Source of the DNA: Paragordius varius
Taxonomy: Eukaryota > Animalia > Nematomorpha
NCBI GenBank assembly: GCA_964247055.1
Contig: OZ176052.1
Coordinates: 12,772,001 to 12,836,000 of the forward strand
Length of the DNA: 64,000 nt
Direction of reading: 5' to 3'
In this document: piece by piece, positions 12,601 to 22,580 of the stretch
Numbering within the stretch: the stretch's first letter is position 1
Layout: each line of letters begins with the position of its first letter
Made by a program: the position numbers and the translations under genes
The notes under the pieces: model-generated
Seen by the model: the letters and a program-made list of their open reading frames with translations, nothing else
Database searches by the model: none
What the model was told of the DNA's origin: nothing

Positions 12601-15600
12601 GACCATATGTATGCACGTAACGGTACCCTAACACCATAGTTTTGATTTAATAAATAGGAAAAACGCTAAATACACCATTAGTAATTCCAAGCTCTATACC
12701 TAGAGAGTTTAATGATGTTGCCCTTCAAAAATATACAAAATATTCCCATAATATCAGATCAGCTTGCTACCGAAAGGATTATTCCTGTATCTCATGGATT
12801 TCAAAATAAATGCATTTTCTTTGAAACAAAATAGTATCTTTCGCCCCAAACTTGGTTTGTTACACGTTTTGATAAGAAAGAAGGGCTTTAATTTAGAGGT
12901 CTTGGCTTTTATATTCACAAAGAGCTGCGCGTATTGTTTTTGTTGCCTTCTTTTGATAGATCTGATTCTTTACCATCATCTTATAACTACGCTTGGTTTT
13001 AATAAATGGAATATAAAGTTAAATTATTCATCATGAGAATACCCAAATCATCGGACAGCATTTACTACTGGAAAGAGGCAGATAGAAAATCGATAAATAA
13101 AACAGGAATGTCAGCTTTAGAAGCTCACAAAATCGGAAAATAATCGACTCATGAAAACTCTAACCATCCGAAATCTTCTTTTTCGATAACATGTTGAAAG
13201 CTTAACGTATTATGGTGACTCAGCAGCCTAAAAAAAGCTGTTAAACGTGAGTCTAAAACCCACTGGACTGCTAGAATTTAAGCTGCTAAGCCAATATTGA
13301 TGGATTAATGAGCTGATAGAGCTAATAAAAGATATTAATCCTTAAAATAGTGAAACAAAGTGAGGCATCGGTTTTAGTTTACTTCAGAACTTTTAAAATT
13401 CAATTTTGTAGCATTAATTTTTCTGGCATCAAATACTTAGATCGATAGTAACATAGATTGAAAGATCCTATTAAATTTAATGACGCATAAAGGTCCTTGA
13501 ATTCTTAATTATTTAATGATCAGATTTTTGGAATCAGCTTTGGGGATAACCCATAAAAACTTTTATGATTGTATATGAAAACTGGGATGTTTATACATCT
13601 ATGAGAGCCGAAAAATTCCCAGGAGAATCAGATGGAGTGATTCTTTTTGCAGGAAGTTTAGCTTCGGGTCATGAATTAGATATTGTATAAATTGCAACAT
13701 AAAATGGAATAAATGATATCTTTGCTGAGAGATGTAATTTCTAAATTTGGATTTTTATTAGATAAAAATTTTGACACGTAATAATAATAATGATTTGAAA
13801 AATAATTGCAAATCTAAAAATAATGGAAGAGATTTATTTATAGATATTGGTTATCATTCATTATTTGCTGCTGATTGTTTACGTTGCACCAGTATTGTAT
13901 TTTGGGTTCCTTTTAAGGATTTTTTTGTGATAGGATTAATATGCGATAATTTTTCATTTTTTTTGAGGTTTCCCGTGTTGTGTGAATGGATGTGCGGCGC
14001 CTCTACTATGGATCAAAAGATTTGCTCGGGATTTCATATATGACATTTTCATAGATACTTTTGGGGTGTTTGGTTAAGATTGTAATAGATTGGTGCATGG
14101 TTTGTACGTAACTAATATGTTTTTACTATAAGATTTTATTAATGCTTTATCTTGTTCTGCGAATAATCATGCCTAATAAACGTCTTACTATAAACGTTGT
14201 TTGTTTTATTTGTTTTTTCTTTACACTAAACAAAAGTAAGGTTTTCTTTAATTAACCAGAGATTATGGCCTTAAAGTTATGGGGATGATTAGATTAAAGG
14301 TAGGTCTAAGAATTTTATTTTTTTTTTCATTTTCTTTTTCAATAGTTACTGTTAATGGACTATTTTCATTGAGTATCATGTGCAATTTTAAGATGTTCGC
14401 CATTGTCAATGATCAATACGTCAGTTAAGTATCTACAGTAAAATTTGGCTTGTTGAAATGTAAATGCTTATTCTCGAATTCTCTGAGACATCAGTTATAG
14501 AAGAATGGTATTCCCATTGGGGTACCCAGCTTCTGATGGTAAAACTTTCCATCAGACAAAAATTTTTTTTGAAGCTGTGTAAGCTAGCGTCATTAATGTG
14601 AATATGTAGATTTTACTATTAATATATTCCAGGTTTTCTTCAACAAATTTTTTTATCACGTTAGATCAATCTATGGGAATCGAAGAATATAATGATACTA
14701 CGTCGTAAGAGCAAATCCGATCTTTGTCGTTTAATGATGTAAGTAACAATTTGACCTGCAATTTTTTCATAGGATCCGCTTTTAAAGTTCATAAGCCTGC
14801 TCTTTTAGGATTCCCGTTACATTTTCAGTATTTTCGTATTTAACTCTTTAAGATACATAGAAGAGGCGCTGTAGATCCATTCACACACACGGAAAACATT
14901 ATCAACAAAAGAGAGGAATTACCGCACAATCCCATCACACAAAAATCCCTTAAAAAAACCAATATACAACACTGTTGTAACCTAAATCAGCAAGTATTGT
15001 ATAAAAAATATAACAAACCACTTTTATTTTTTAAAATTTATTATTGTTTATTTTATTTTATTTTTATTTTTAATTTTTTATATTGATAAAGGATCCGTAA
15101 GATCCGAATTGTTTTATTTTAAACGATTTATTTATTCACGTGGTATCAGCAATTTATCTATAAATTGAAACTCGTCCTCAAAATCTTAAATATAAACTAT
15201 GCTTCAGCAAAATTTTGCATTTTTTAAAAAGTATGCATTAATAAAAATGTTTTTAGTTAATATCTAAAAATAGTATATATAATATAATTTTTATCGCGCA
15301 CTATCGGCATTTTTGCCTTTTAAAAAGAACTAGCCCATTCTAGAAGTGCGAAAAAATTTGGAACTTTCGGAGCCACATTTAAAAATTAATTTTACTGAAA
15401 ATATTGTTTTGCTTTTTATATGTGGATGATATATTTTAGTGATATTTTTTGGAATGAAGCCTTTTCCACCAATTTTTTTTAAATAATGAGCGCAATTTCA
15501 CGATTTATAGTTAAACTAACTTTCTTAAATCACTCGAACCAAAAGCACCATAATAATCTAATATATTTTATCAGTATATACATGTTTTATCAGGATATTT

Positions 15601-18600
15601 TTTTGTAAATTAGGTGTTTATTGAAATAAGTAAAGGGTTTAGCGTCGGATGATTGTCGGCCATCTGCTGTCAAGGTATTCCCTACCAACCCGTAACGCAT
15701 AGCTTCAAAGCGGATAGATACATCGGAGGTTAGGTTTATTGTTAGTATCAGCATACATATATAAATGCCATCATGTTAGGTGTGTTTTTGTAAGTTAGTA
15801 TGGTGAAAAAGCTACATATATATGTTCATTAAAAGAAACGTTAATTTTGCCATGTTAGGCATATAATGGCAATTGATTTTAAATAACAGTATAAACAGCG
15901 TTATGATCCTTACTCCTCAAAGTAATGTCAAAGTTTTATGTCGAATCAAATGTAGAGTTTATAAGATCTTATCTTTGGTGCAAAAGGGGTCTTCATTTGC
16001 TTCTAAATGAGTGTAGACCAATTTTGGAGATATTAGGCATCACATTAACGTTACCCCTTTGTGTGACCATGTTTCAGCTGTATCTACAACTGGGACGCTA
16101 ACCCGAAATTTAACCCTGTTTTGCGGCGAACATAATGCCAAAGATTGGGAACCAGCCAAATTTAAAAAGCAGCGGCTTCAGCGTCATTGTCTCACAATTA
16201 TTGGCAAGTAATCTCGCTAGAATCTGGTCCCCCATGGCTTGAGTTTGCATTAAGGCGTTAGAGATTGCGAGGATGCATGAGAGCAATACTAAATATAAAC
16301 CATAATAAATTATGTAATTACCGTTAATAAGTTTAAATAAAATGGGTATAAATTATATTTATCAACAAATACTCATTTCCAAAAGTTGATTTAAAACTGA
16401 AAATTAGTATTCCTTCCAGCAGATTTTGTAAAAATTAGACTACTGTCCGGGATATAACTCATTTTTATTTCTTCGATGTAGACTGAGGTTACTAGTGACA
16501 TCATACTTGTTCGAAATCTACTTTTCAAAAATATGGAATAAACTTTAACCCTTTCAAAAATTTGCACTTACAAAACATTGAAGAACCAATATATAAAAAA
16601 GATTCATAAAAAAACTTGATATTACTTATTTTAAAGATAAATTAAAGGTAAAAACCTAACCAACTGATCTGTGTGGATTGACTAAATATAAAAAATGGCA
16701 ATACCACTTTTGTTAATGTTAATGGAATTTTAATGTACATTAACTTTAATTTTAGCGTGAGAATTAAAAATAACATTTTACATAAAACTTTAAAATAAAA
16801 ATTACGTCGACGTAAATCGATTAGCTTTATTAATATATTTAATCATATTTTAATATTTTTGCACATTTATATATTTATTAGGATAGAAGAATAAAATTAG
16901 AAATTAAATGTCTTAATAGTTGAAAAAATTGTTTTTGTATTTGAGATACTATATATAATTTGTTATTCAAAATATACTTTTATTGAATCGCAACTTTTAG
17001 TAATTTAAAAAAAATTTTAACAACTATGGGGAAAAAACTCAGGCTAAAAATTATGTTGAGTATTGCCCAAAATGCAACGTGAACAATAGTGGTGTTAATA
17101 CATTTAATATCAGACACACTTGATTAATCATTGGTGATATAAAATATATATTTAGAAATAGTGTCAGCGCTTTCTAAAAGAAATGCCCCAGCTGATTTTT
17201 TTTGATTATTTAGTAAAAGCTTTAAAAATATATAACCTTTAGCCAATATGTATAAGGTTTTTGACCTTATTACCTCATTAATTCTAATGTAATTGAAAAT
17301 ACCATTTTTGAGTCTTAAGCAACAGTTTTTCAATCAACGCAACATTTTTCTGGAACCGCAACATTCTTTCAGGAAAACCCACATTTTTTCAAGCAAACCC
17401 AACATGTTTCAAGTTGTGTTCAGTTGAAAAAATGGTTTTCTGAAGTGAAAAATGTCAATTCGTCAAATATTGCGTTTGATTGAAAAATGTTGCTTCTGAC
17501 TGAAAAATGAAATGATCATTACAAAAACTTTCATAAGGGTTCATATTTTACGATAATAAAGGACAATAGAAAATTAATTTTAACTTAGCTACAGAAATTA
17601 AGTACTGAATTTTAAGAACCATTTCATCTTTTATCAATAAGAGATGAGTTAAGCTTTGACATATCTTTCAAAAAGTTATTTTAACGAAGTTCCTGAATAT
17701 ATTTTTTAATTTGACGGCAAGCTTCATTCCTGTACACCTCAAAAACGGTTATGGTTATAATAATTAATTTACCAACTTTTTATTATTTACTATCTTAACA
17801 TATAATATTAAATAATTTTGCTCTGCATAATTTTAAGCCTCTTAATATGAACTCTTTGGCCTATTTTGAGTATTTGATTTATGTTTTTGAGTGACGCGTA
17901 ATTTATTTCGAAGAAATCTAAAACTTAACTGACACCCAAAGTTTTACTCATTTAATATGTAAATTTACAATTTTTATAGGGACAACAACAGCGGCAACAA
18001 AGGGCACGGAAAGTCATGTCTCCATTAAAATTTAATATAACCGAATTAAACAGTTTCGCTTATTCAACTCAAGGATCTGTGTTTGATTATCACAGTGTGT
18101 TTTCAGGAAATTTGTCTGAAAAGAAAAATGTTATCCGGAAGATTAGCGAAACTATAATCAAACAAGTTTTATAATTGACTCAAATATATTTTGAATGTTA
18201 TTTTATAGGAAGATGGCCTTTTTTCTAGCGATTAATTTTACACTTCATTATTTTTATAAGTTTAATATCCCAAAGCGATTCAAAATTTGAATATAATAAA
18301 AGAATTTAAGGTATTAGGACAATTTTTTTACAATACTTTCTTAAGCTTTTTAAGGCGCATGCTTTAAATTTTTTAATCAAAGTAAAATTGTAAAAAATCT
18401 CTAACTCCTCACCATTTTTTTGTACAACAGGCAAATAATTTATGTGGTTATAAAATGCAAAATAACTTTTAAAATAAATACCCGCACTTGATATTAAAAT
18501 TAAAATCAGCTCTTCCATCGTTTTATATTAAACTACCCTAACTGTCATTGTGTTCAAAATATAAAAATGTAATGAAGTGTTGTTCATTATGATTCAGAAT

Positions 18601-21600
18601 CATTACAGGCAATTCATTTATTTAATTCGATAAAAAGTTTTTAAATTTACATTGATTTTCATCAGGTTGCATTATATAAATCATCGATTAATTTAATATT
18701 TTTATGTAAGTGCTTTTTCAAATGCGTGGTATGAGCGAACAAATGTATTATTGATTATTTCGTAGGAGGCTTCCATTTATATTAATAGATTGTCTATAAG
18801 CGAAGACCATAGTTCACATGAGATTTAATCTTTACATTATATAGAAGGTAATTTAGTAAGTTGTGATTAATTTTGCAGTTTTCATTATTTTCTTTGTTAC
18901 GTTTGATGAATATAAAGCCGTTTTTGGTAGAATATAGTGTTATCGAATGTATTATTATCTTTTATTTTATTGAATTGATTTTAATCACTGTATACTCTTA
19001 ATATAAGGCGATATTGTTTTATACAGGTGAGTTTTAAGCAAAATAATATTTTAATCTTTTGGTAGTTTAATATGAAATAATAAGATAATTTTTATATTTA
19101 ATATATAAGGTTTTTTGCACTAAAATATATATTCGGGGCTATGCTGTTTATTGATGTTATACACAATACAGATGTCATATAAATTATTATTAACTACTCA
19201 ATTAGATGGCAACTTTTTTTACCAATGTTTATATTTTATATTGCCATCCTCAAAGCCAATAGTATGTTAGGGTATAAATTAATAAATAATACATGGGATA
19301 ACAGAAATTAGTAAAATTTATAATACACTTTTATAATCTAATTTTTATTCGTATAACTTGCTGTTTCATAATATATCCATCAATTCATCTATACAATGTG
19401 AGTAAATAAACATTACTAGTTAGCATTTACAGCAAATAAAAAGTTTCGTTATTTTATTCTTAAGCCAATACAATTGCTCTTTACTGCATATATTTATTCA
19501 CACTCAATCGAAATTCCAAATTGCATTGCAATACTTTAAATAAGAAAGACATAAATATAATGTCCACCAGTAAAATACATTTTTTATGAAAATCAGTAGT
19601 TTTGCAGCATATCCTTCCCTAAATGAACACAGAATTTTTTTAACAAATTAGGAATTTAATTTAAAAATACTATTATGTCGCTCTAATCTTTTAAGTTTAG
19701 AGGTAAATGATTATTAAGTGTTTCTATACAGTTTAGAAATGAATATATAACTTGATGGATAAAGTTAAAATTAATTAGGGTTCCAGTATCCACAAGTAAT
19801 TACAATTTAATTATACCATTAGAACAGCTAAAAAAATGTTAAATTAAATTTAACAGGATGTATTTTAATAAAGTCCTTTATTGATTAATTTATTAAGTGA
19901 ATCTATTTTGTTTTAAAACATGTGTCCAACACAAATAGCTTCGCAACCTATTTTTAACTCAATAAACAGCGGGCCGCATTCATTATGAATATGGGTGTTA
20001 ATAAATATTTTATTAGATTTTAAACCTAAGACTATGCAAATACAATATAATATTTTCTCTAATTCCATGCTAATTATTAAGAATTATATAAATGTTTAAA
20101 ATATGGTTTTACTAAAAAAATAAAAAAATTTAAAAAAAATTAAATAATAAAAAAAAATTAATTAATAAATAAAAATAGTTAATATAGTTATATTATAACA
20201 AATTAAAATTAAAAATAAAAATAAAAAATAAAATAAAAATAATAAATAAAAAAGACATAATAATTTCAGATTATGATCAAAAAAATAAAAAAACTATAAA
20301 AAATTAAAAAATAAAAATAATAAAGAATATAAAAAAATATACAAAAAATAAAAAATTCAATAAAAAAAATTAAATTAAAAATAAAATAATAATATAACGA
20401 TATGATAAAATTTTAAAAAAAGTTAATATAAATTTGCAAATTGTGGTTTTTTATTTTTTTCGGTCCGCACATAATGTCTAGAAGCGCCGCGTGTTAGACA
20501 CCCTTGGATTAAAATATAAATGTATCGTGACGCGGTCATACAAAAAAAATTAAAATGTTCTATCATTCAATTTATTGTTTTAATGTCTAAATAATATAAT
20601 TAGGGTTGTATTTTTATGTTATTTTTTAATTCGATACGTAACACTAGAAAACAAATTTTGACCTTTTTACCATTCCTAAAATTTCAAAATTATTTCAGTA
20701 AAATACATAAATAGTAAATCTGAAAAAATTGGTCTAAACCTAAGAGTCTTTTATTGGGGTTTATCGATAATTTTTGGCCCCGATTAAGCATTAAACTCTA
20801 AATTTTCAAAAGCAAAAGTTTTAGATATTATGTTTTATCATTCGAAAGAACGATAAAATATTTTTCATGGTACCTAGCTGTTTAAATCAATATGATGTAA
20901 AAGTTAATTGGGTGTATATGGTAAAAATTATAATTATTTATACATAATTATTAGGGTTACATTAGTGAAAATAAAAAAAATCTTTGAAAAAGCTTTTGGT
21001 TTGATTTTTTTTAAAAAAAATAATAATTATCAAAATTATTTAACCTAGTGGATATTAAAATGCATAGTTAAAACTGTAAATTTATTACATGATTATTAAA
21101 AAGATAAAAAACTTTGTTTTCAATCTTTGAAATTCTAAATTATAGGCCTCCTAAAGAAAAAATATGAGTTGGTAATTTTTGTAAATATTGAAAAACCTTA
21201 ATATGGCTGTTTTGAATGACATCAAAGCAAAAATTAAGCGTCTTAATAAAAAAAAAACTTTCTTGTTTTATCTTTTTTAGACATTCATTGCTATCTATAC
21301 AAAGTTTTTAGTTTTCCATTTAGTTTAAAAATATAATAATGGATAAAAACGCTCTCGCTTCGCGGATTCGTCGCTCCCTATGTTCAATATTATCTATCGA
21401 TCTAAAACATATCAGTATGCATTTTATAGAGTTTTCATTTCTCTTTCGAATAATATATAACAAATGGGCATTTGTTGTATATTTTTAAATAAAAACATTT
21501 TTTTTAGTAAAATTTGATAAAAAGGGCGCATAATCAAAAAATAAAATTATACGAAACTTAGGGGAAATCATTTTTATTTTACATTAACTGTTAAAAGGAT

Positions 21601-21799
21601 AGTAATCAGAAAATTCAAAAATCTCTGGGACAAAAGTGTTGTCTGGTTTATTCATTTTTTATCATCATGTTAATTTTCTGTTCTGCTGTATTAGATTAAA
21701 TCACAAAAAGACAATTGTAAAATATGTACAATAACCAAAAACTATGTCGGTGATCCATTTCCAGAATGCAGATTTTCCGAAAATTGCATTTTTCATTAA
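473..21799 (+). CDS. Spliced gene, 5' end probably upstream of the window: apolipophorin / lipid-transfer-particle-like (LLTP superfamily) protein, C-terminal part with VWD + C8 + VWA-like + Cys-rich tail
   Basis: Exons 473-613, 776-917, 1009-1256, 3542-3759, 5920-6142, 6938-7157, 7271-7468, 8874-8990, 11522-11633, 11756-11893, 11959-12121, 12204-12341, 17980-18165 and 21695-21799 all have AG/GT boundaries and matching phases: 2349 nt, 782 aa plus TAA, no internal stop. Motifs recognised by eye: VWD (GLDHYTAFDG; YLLIADY; SVFLNNVLLSTLP; GLRIGYNFD; YKGKLTGVF), C8 (FEPCFQII..PYYHACLAD; ICSSLHAYKEIC), VWA-like (INVIFIVN; VKFGLIS; IVIAIT; HGFD; FAYSTQGSVF) and a Cys tail (CKIC...VGDPFPEC). The LLTP assignment is inferred from domain order; no database search was run. 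Confidence 0.8.
633..662. repeat. (TA)15 microsatellite
   Basis: Read directly from the sequence; intronic. Confidence 0.95.
776..917 (+). CDS. LLTP-like gene exon (LNLIEQKF...QTVVGIY)
   Basis: Boundaries atattag| and |GTAATA; open, phase 0-1. Confidence 0.8.
1009..1256 (+). CDS. LLTP-like gene exon (PDTIGDLSYIPQAF...HPFKWVKLT)
   Basis: Boundaries attatag| and |GTATGT; 82 stop-free codons in AT-rich DNA, phase 1-0. Confidence 0.85.
1324..1523. mobile_element. 200-bp MITE with TTAA target-site duplication and AG...CT termini (Kolobok-type)
   Basis: TTAA at 1320-1323 and 1524-1527; ~75-bp inverted arms with the first 17 bp perfect (AGTCATGTATCCTTTAT). A TTAA TSD with RR..YY ends is the established Kolobok signature. 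Confidence 0.75.
3509..3532. repeat. (AT)12 microsatellite
   Basis: Read directly from the sequence, just upstream of the exon 3542 acceptor. Confidence 0.95.
3542..3759 (+). CDS. LLTP-like gene exon, start of the VWD domain (DFPNL...GLDHYTAFDGSVGRLQPFC)
   Basis: Boundaries ttaag| and |GTAATT; HYTAFDG matches the VWD PHYxTFDG motif; coincides with ORF 3506-3763; phase 0-2. Confidence 0.85.
5513..5726. mobile_element. Foldback MITE, copy 1 (CACCCTT..AATTCAAATT termini)
   Basis: ACCCTTAAACAATTCAAATTCACCC is inverted to AGAGTTAATTTGAATTGTTCGAGGGT; the internal segment (atgccataaaga.atatttca) is shared with 8288-8557. Confidence 0.6.
5920..6142 (+). CDS. LLTP-like gene exon, middle of the VWD domain (YLLIADYVSHTF...SNNNNIK)
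   Basis: Boundaries acttag| and |GTATTA; phase 2-0; coincides with ORF 5900-6169. Confidence 0.85.
6938..7157 (+). CDS. LLTP-like gene exon, end of the VWD domain (IRYPGLRIGYNFD...YKGKLTGVFETFG...)
   Basis: Boundaries gatag| and |GTAATT; open, phase 0-1; VWD GLxVxxD and YxGKxxG motifs. Confidence 0.85.
7271..7468 (+). CDS. LLTP-like gene exon, first half of the C8 domain (..CSELF..FEPCFQIIGSMPYYHACLADYQE)
   Basis: Boundaries gctaag| and |GTACAT; phase 1-1; C8 cysteine spacing. Confidence 0.85.
8288..8557. mobile_element. Foldback MITE, diverged copy 2
   Basis: Shares internal sequence with 5600-5725 and ends AATTTGAATAGTTCAAGGGTG; the subterminal motif is repeated several times. Confidence 0.5.
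8874..8990 (+). CDS. LLTP-like gene exon, second half of the C8 domain (LCKK...ICSSLHAYKEICYAHYVEVDVPDYC)
   Basis: Boundaries ttttgcag| and |GTAATG; phase 1-1; CxxLxAYxxxC motif. Confidence 0.85.
11522..11633 (+). CDS. LLTP-like gene exon, start of the VWA-like domain (QYNGFNVGDIWEE...HINVIFIVN)
   Basis: Boundaries ttttaag| and |GTAAGT; phase 1-2. Confidence 0.8.
11756..11893 (+). CDS. LLTP-like gene exon (MIGSLDLLAKGI...VKFGLISQKTKYNHSYPVIYANKL)
   Basis: Boundaries tttttag| and |GTGAGT; phase 2-2. Confidence 0.8.
11959..12121 (+). CDS. LLTP-like gene exon (KLLTKKSS...LTIVIAITQSDH)
   Basis: Boundaries atattag| and |GTTAGT; phase 2-0; coincides with ORF 11894-12172. Confidence 0.8.
12204..12341 (+). 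CDS. LLTP-like gene exon (IIDHYWTY...ELEHGFDITKL)
   Basis: Boundaries caattag| and |GTATGT; phase 0-0. Confidence 0.8.
12690..13750 (+). mobile_element. Decayed hAT transposase (ZMYM1-like / TTF zinc-finger type), frameshifted and internally deleted
   Basis: Pieced across frames: SPQTWFVTRF..RSWLLYSQ..CAYCFCCLL (TTF zinc finger WLxYS..YCFCC), GFNKW..HEN..H, and KRESKTHWTARI (hAT TRW motif); many stops. Confidence 0.7.
13850..14995 (-). mobile_element. Decayed Penelope-like retroelement (RT + GIY-YIG) with an inverted copy of its 3' end at the 5' side
   Basis: Minus strand: ICSYDVVSLYSSIPID, DGKFYHQKLGTPMG, FYCRYLTDVLII, LNENSPLTVTIEKE..KFLD (PLE RT motifs), then NVIYEIP...ETS (GIY-YIG). 14856-14992 is a diverged inverted copy of 13866-14010. 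Confidence 0.8.
15620..16310 (-). pseudogene. GC-richer degenerate coding relic, possibly a non-LTR retrotransposon RT C-terminus (RTE-like)
   Basis: Minus-frame pieces QILARL..AAAF..SL...RVKF..VPVVDTAETWS loosely resemble the RTE RIxxAxxAF...PVLxYGxETW pattern; multiple stops and frameshifts. Confidence 0.3.
17320..17510. repeat. Foldback made of ~20-bp tandem subunits (TTTTCAATCAAxxGCAACAT) in opposing orientations
   Basis: About four units in one direction followed by about four reverse-complement units (e.g. TTGCGTTTGATTGAAAAATGTTGC). Confidence 0.6.
17980..18165 (+). CDS. LLTP-like gene penultimate exon (GQQQRQQRARKV...NSFAYSTQGSVFD...ETIIKQ)
   Basis: Boundaries tttttatag| and |GTTTTA; 62 open codons, phase 0-0; FAxxTxGSVF resembles the C-terminal region of apolipophorin-type proteins (recalled, not searched). 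Confidence 0.7.
19919..20506. mobile_element. hAT (Charlie-like) MITE containing an internal A-rich expansion
   Basis: Ends CATGTGTCCAACAC / GTGTTAGACACCCTTG; subterminal GCGGGCCGCA and CGGTCCGCA; 8-bp flanks ttttaaaa / gattaaaa (6 of 8 match). Confidence 0.6.
20100..20420. repeat. A-rich low-complexity tract (T-rich on the minus strand)
   Basis: Almost only A and T, lying inside the hAT MITE. Confidence 0.85.
20642..21648 (+). mobile_element. Non-autonomous CAC-terminated TIR element (CMC: CACTA/Chapaev-like), older copy
   Basis: Starts TAA|CACTAGAAAACAAATTTT and has a degenerate right TIR AAAAGTGTTGTCTGGTT; it is the reverse-complement homolog of 28443-29562 along its length. Confidence 0.7.
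21695..21799 (+). CDS. LLTP-like gene terminal exon (IKSQKDNCKICTITKNYVGDPFPECRFSENCIFH*)
   Basis: Acceptor gtattag|, phase 0, Cys-rich tail ending in TAA; AATAAA follows 66 nt later. Confidence 0.7.
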   Translation: MKSQKDNCKICTITKNYVGDPFPECRFSENCIFH

Positions 21800-21864
21800 T
21801 TTTTTTATTTATTATCTTCTTTTCATTCATACTATTTCTAAAAAGCATATGTTATTATATAAAA

Positions 21865-21870
21865 AATAAA
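21865..21870 (+). terminator. Candidate polyadenylation signal of the LLTP-like gene
   Basis: AATAAA shortly after the stop codon. The motif is common in this AT-rich DNA, so the evidence is weak. Confidence 0.35.
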
Positions 21871-22557
21871 TAAATTTGTGTCATATTATCTATACGGTTA
21901 TTCTACAATAAAATATTAATTTTGAATTGGAAAACGCAACTTAATTAGCAAAATTTTAGTAGGTTGCAGGTAGATAATAAAAGGCTTTATGCTCAGTTGT
22001 TTATAAAGAGTTAAATTTTTACTTATGGATCAAAAATAGCTAATTTGCAAATCATAAATAGTAATGAGAGCCATTATAGCTATTTCTGTAATAAATCATT
22101 TTACATGTATATTGGAATGTATGATTTTTTACATTTTATAAGCTACCTGTTTGAATAATTGATACAGAGTCGCCTGTTCGCAATGAATAGCAATAAAATT
22201 TAAAAAAAAATAATTTGTTATACTGATATTTGCCAACAATACTCGTTAATGTAAAAGTAAAATTCAAAATTTTTTGACTTGTATTTGAGCCTCGACATTA
22301 TGATCAAAATATAAAATCTTATATAAATATTCCATATAATATCGTATAAATTCATATACGGGAGTATCGAAATGAGAGATATCTATCAGTTTAAAACGAG
22401 CTTCTTAAATTGTCTAAAACATGTGATGAAAGTGGCTTTATCATGGTATAATCAAATATAAGCGTTTTAAATTCAGAAATTCTATATTAATACATAAAAT
22501 ATAAATAAGAGCTTTATATTTACAGATATATTGTTGTGTTTAATTGCAAAACATATA

Positions 22558-22580
22558 CACTGTGTGCAAAAAATATTTAA
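22558..22580 (+). mobile_element. Possible solo Tc1/mariner-type terminus (TA|CACTGTGTGCAAAAAATATT)
   Basis: TA followed by a CACTG start; the partner TIR was not found. Confidence 0.25.

Noticed and set aside
13771-14043. Plus-strand Cys-rich 90-aa ORF
   Set aside because: It is the antisense of the Penelope GIY-YIG / 3' region
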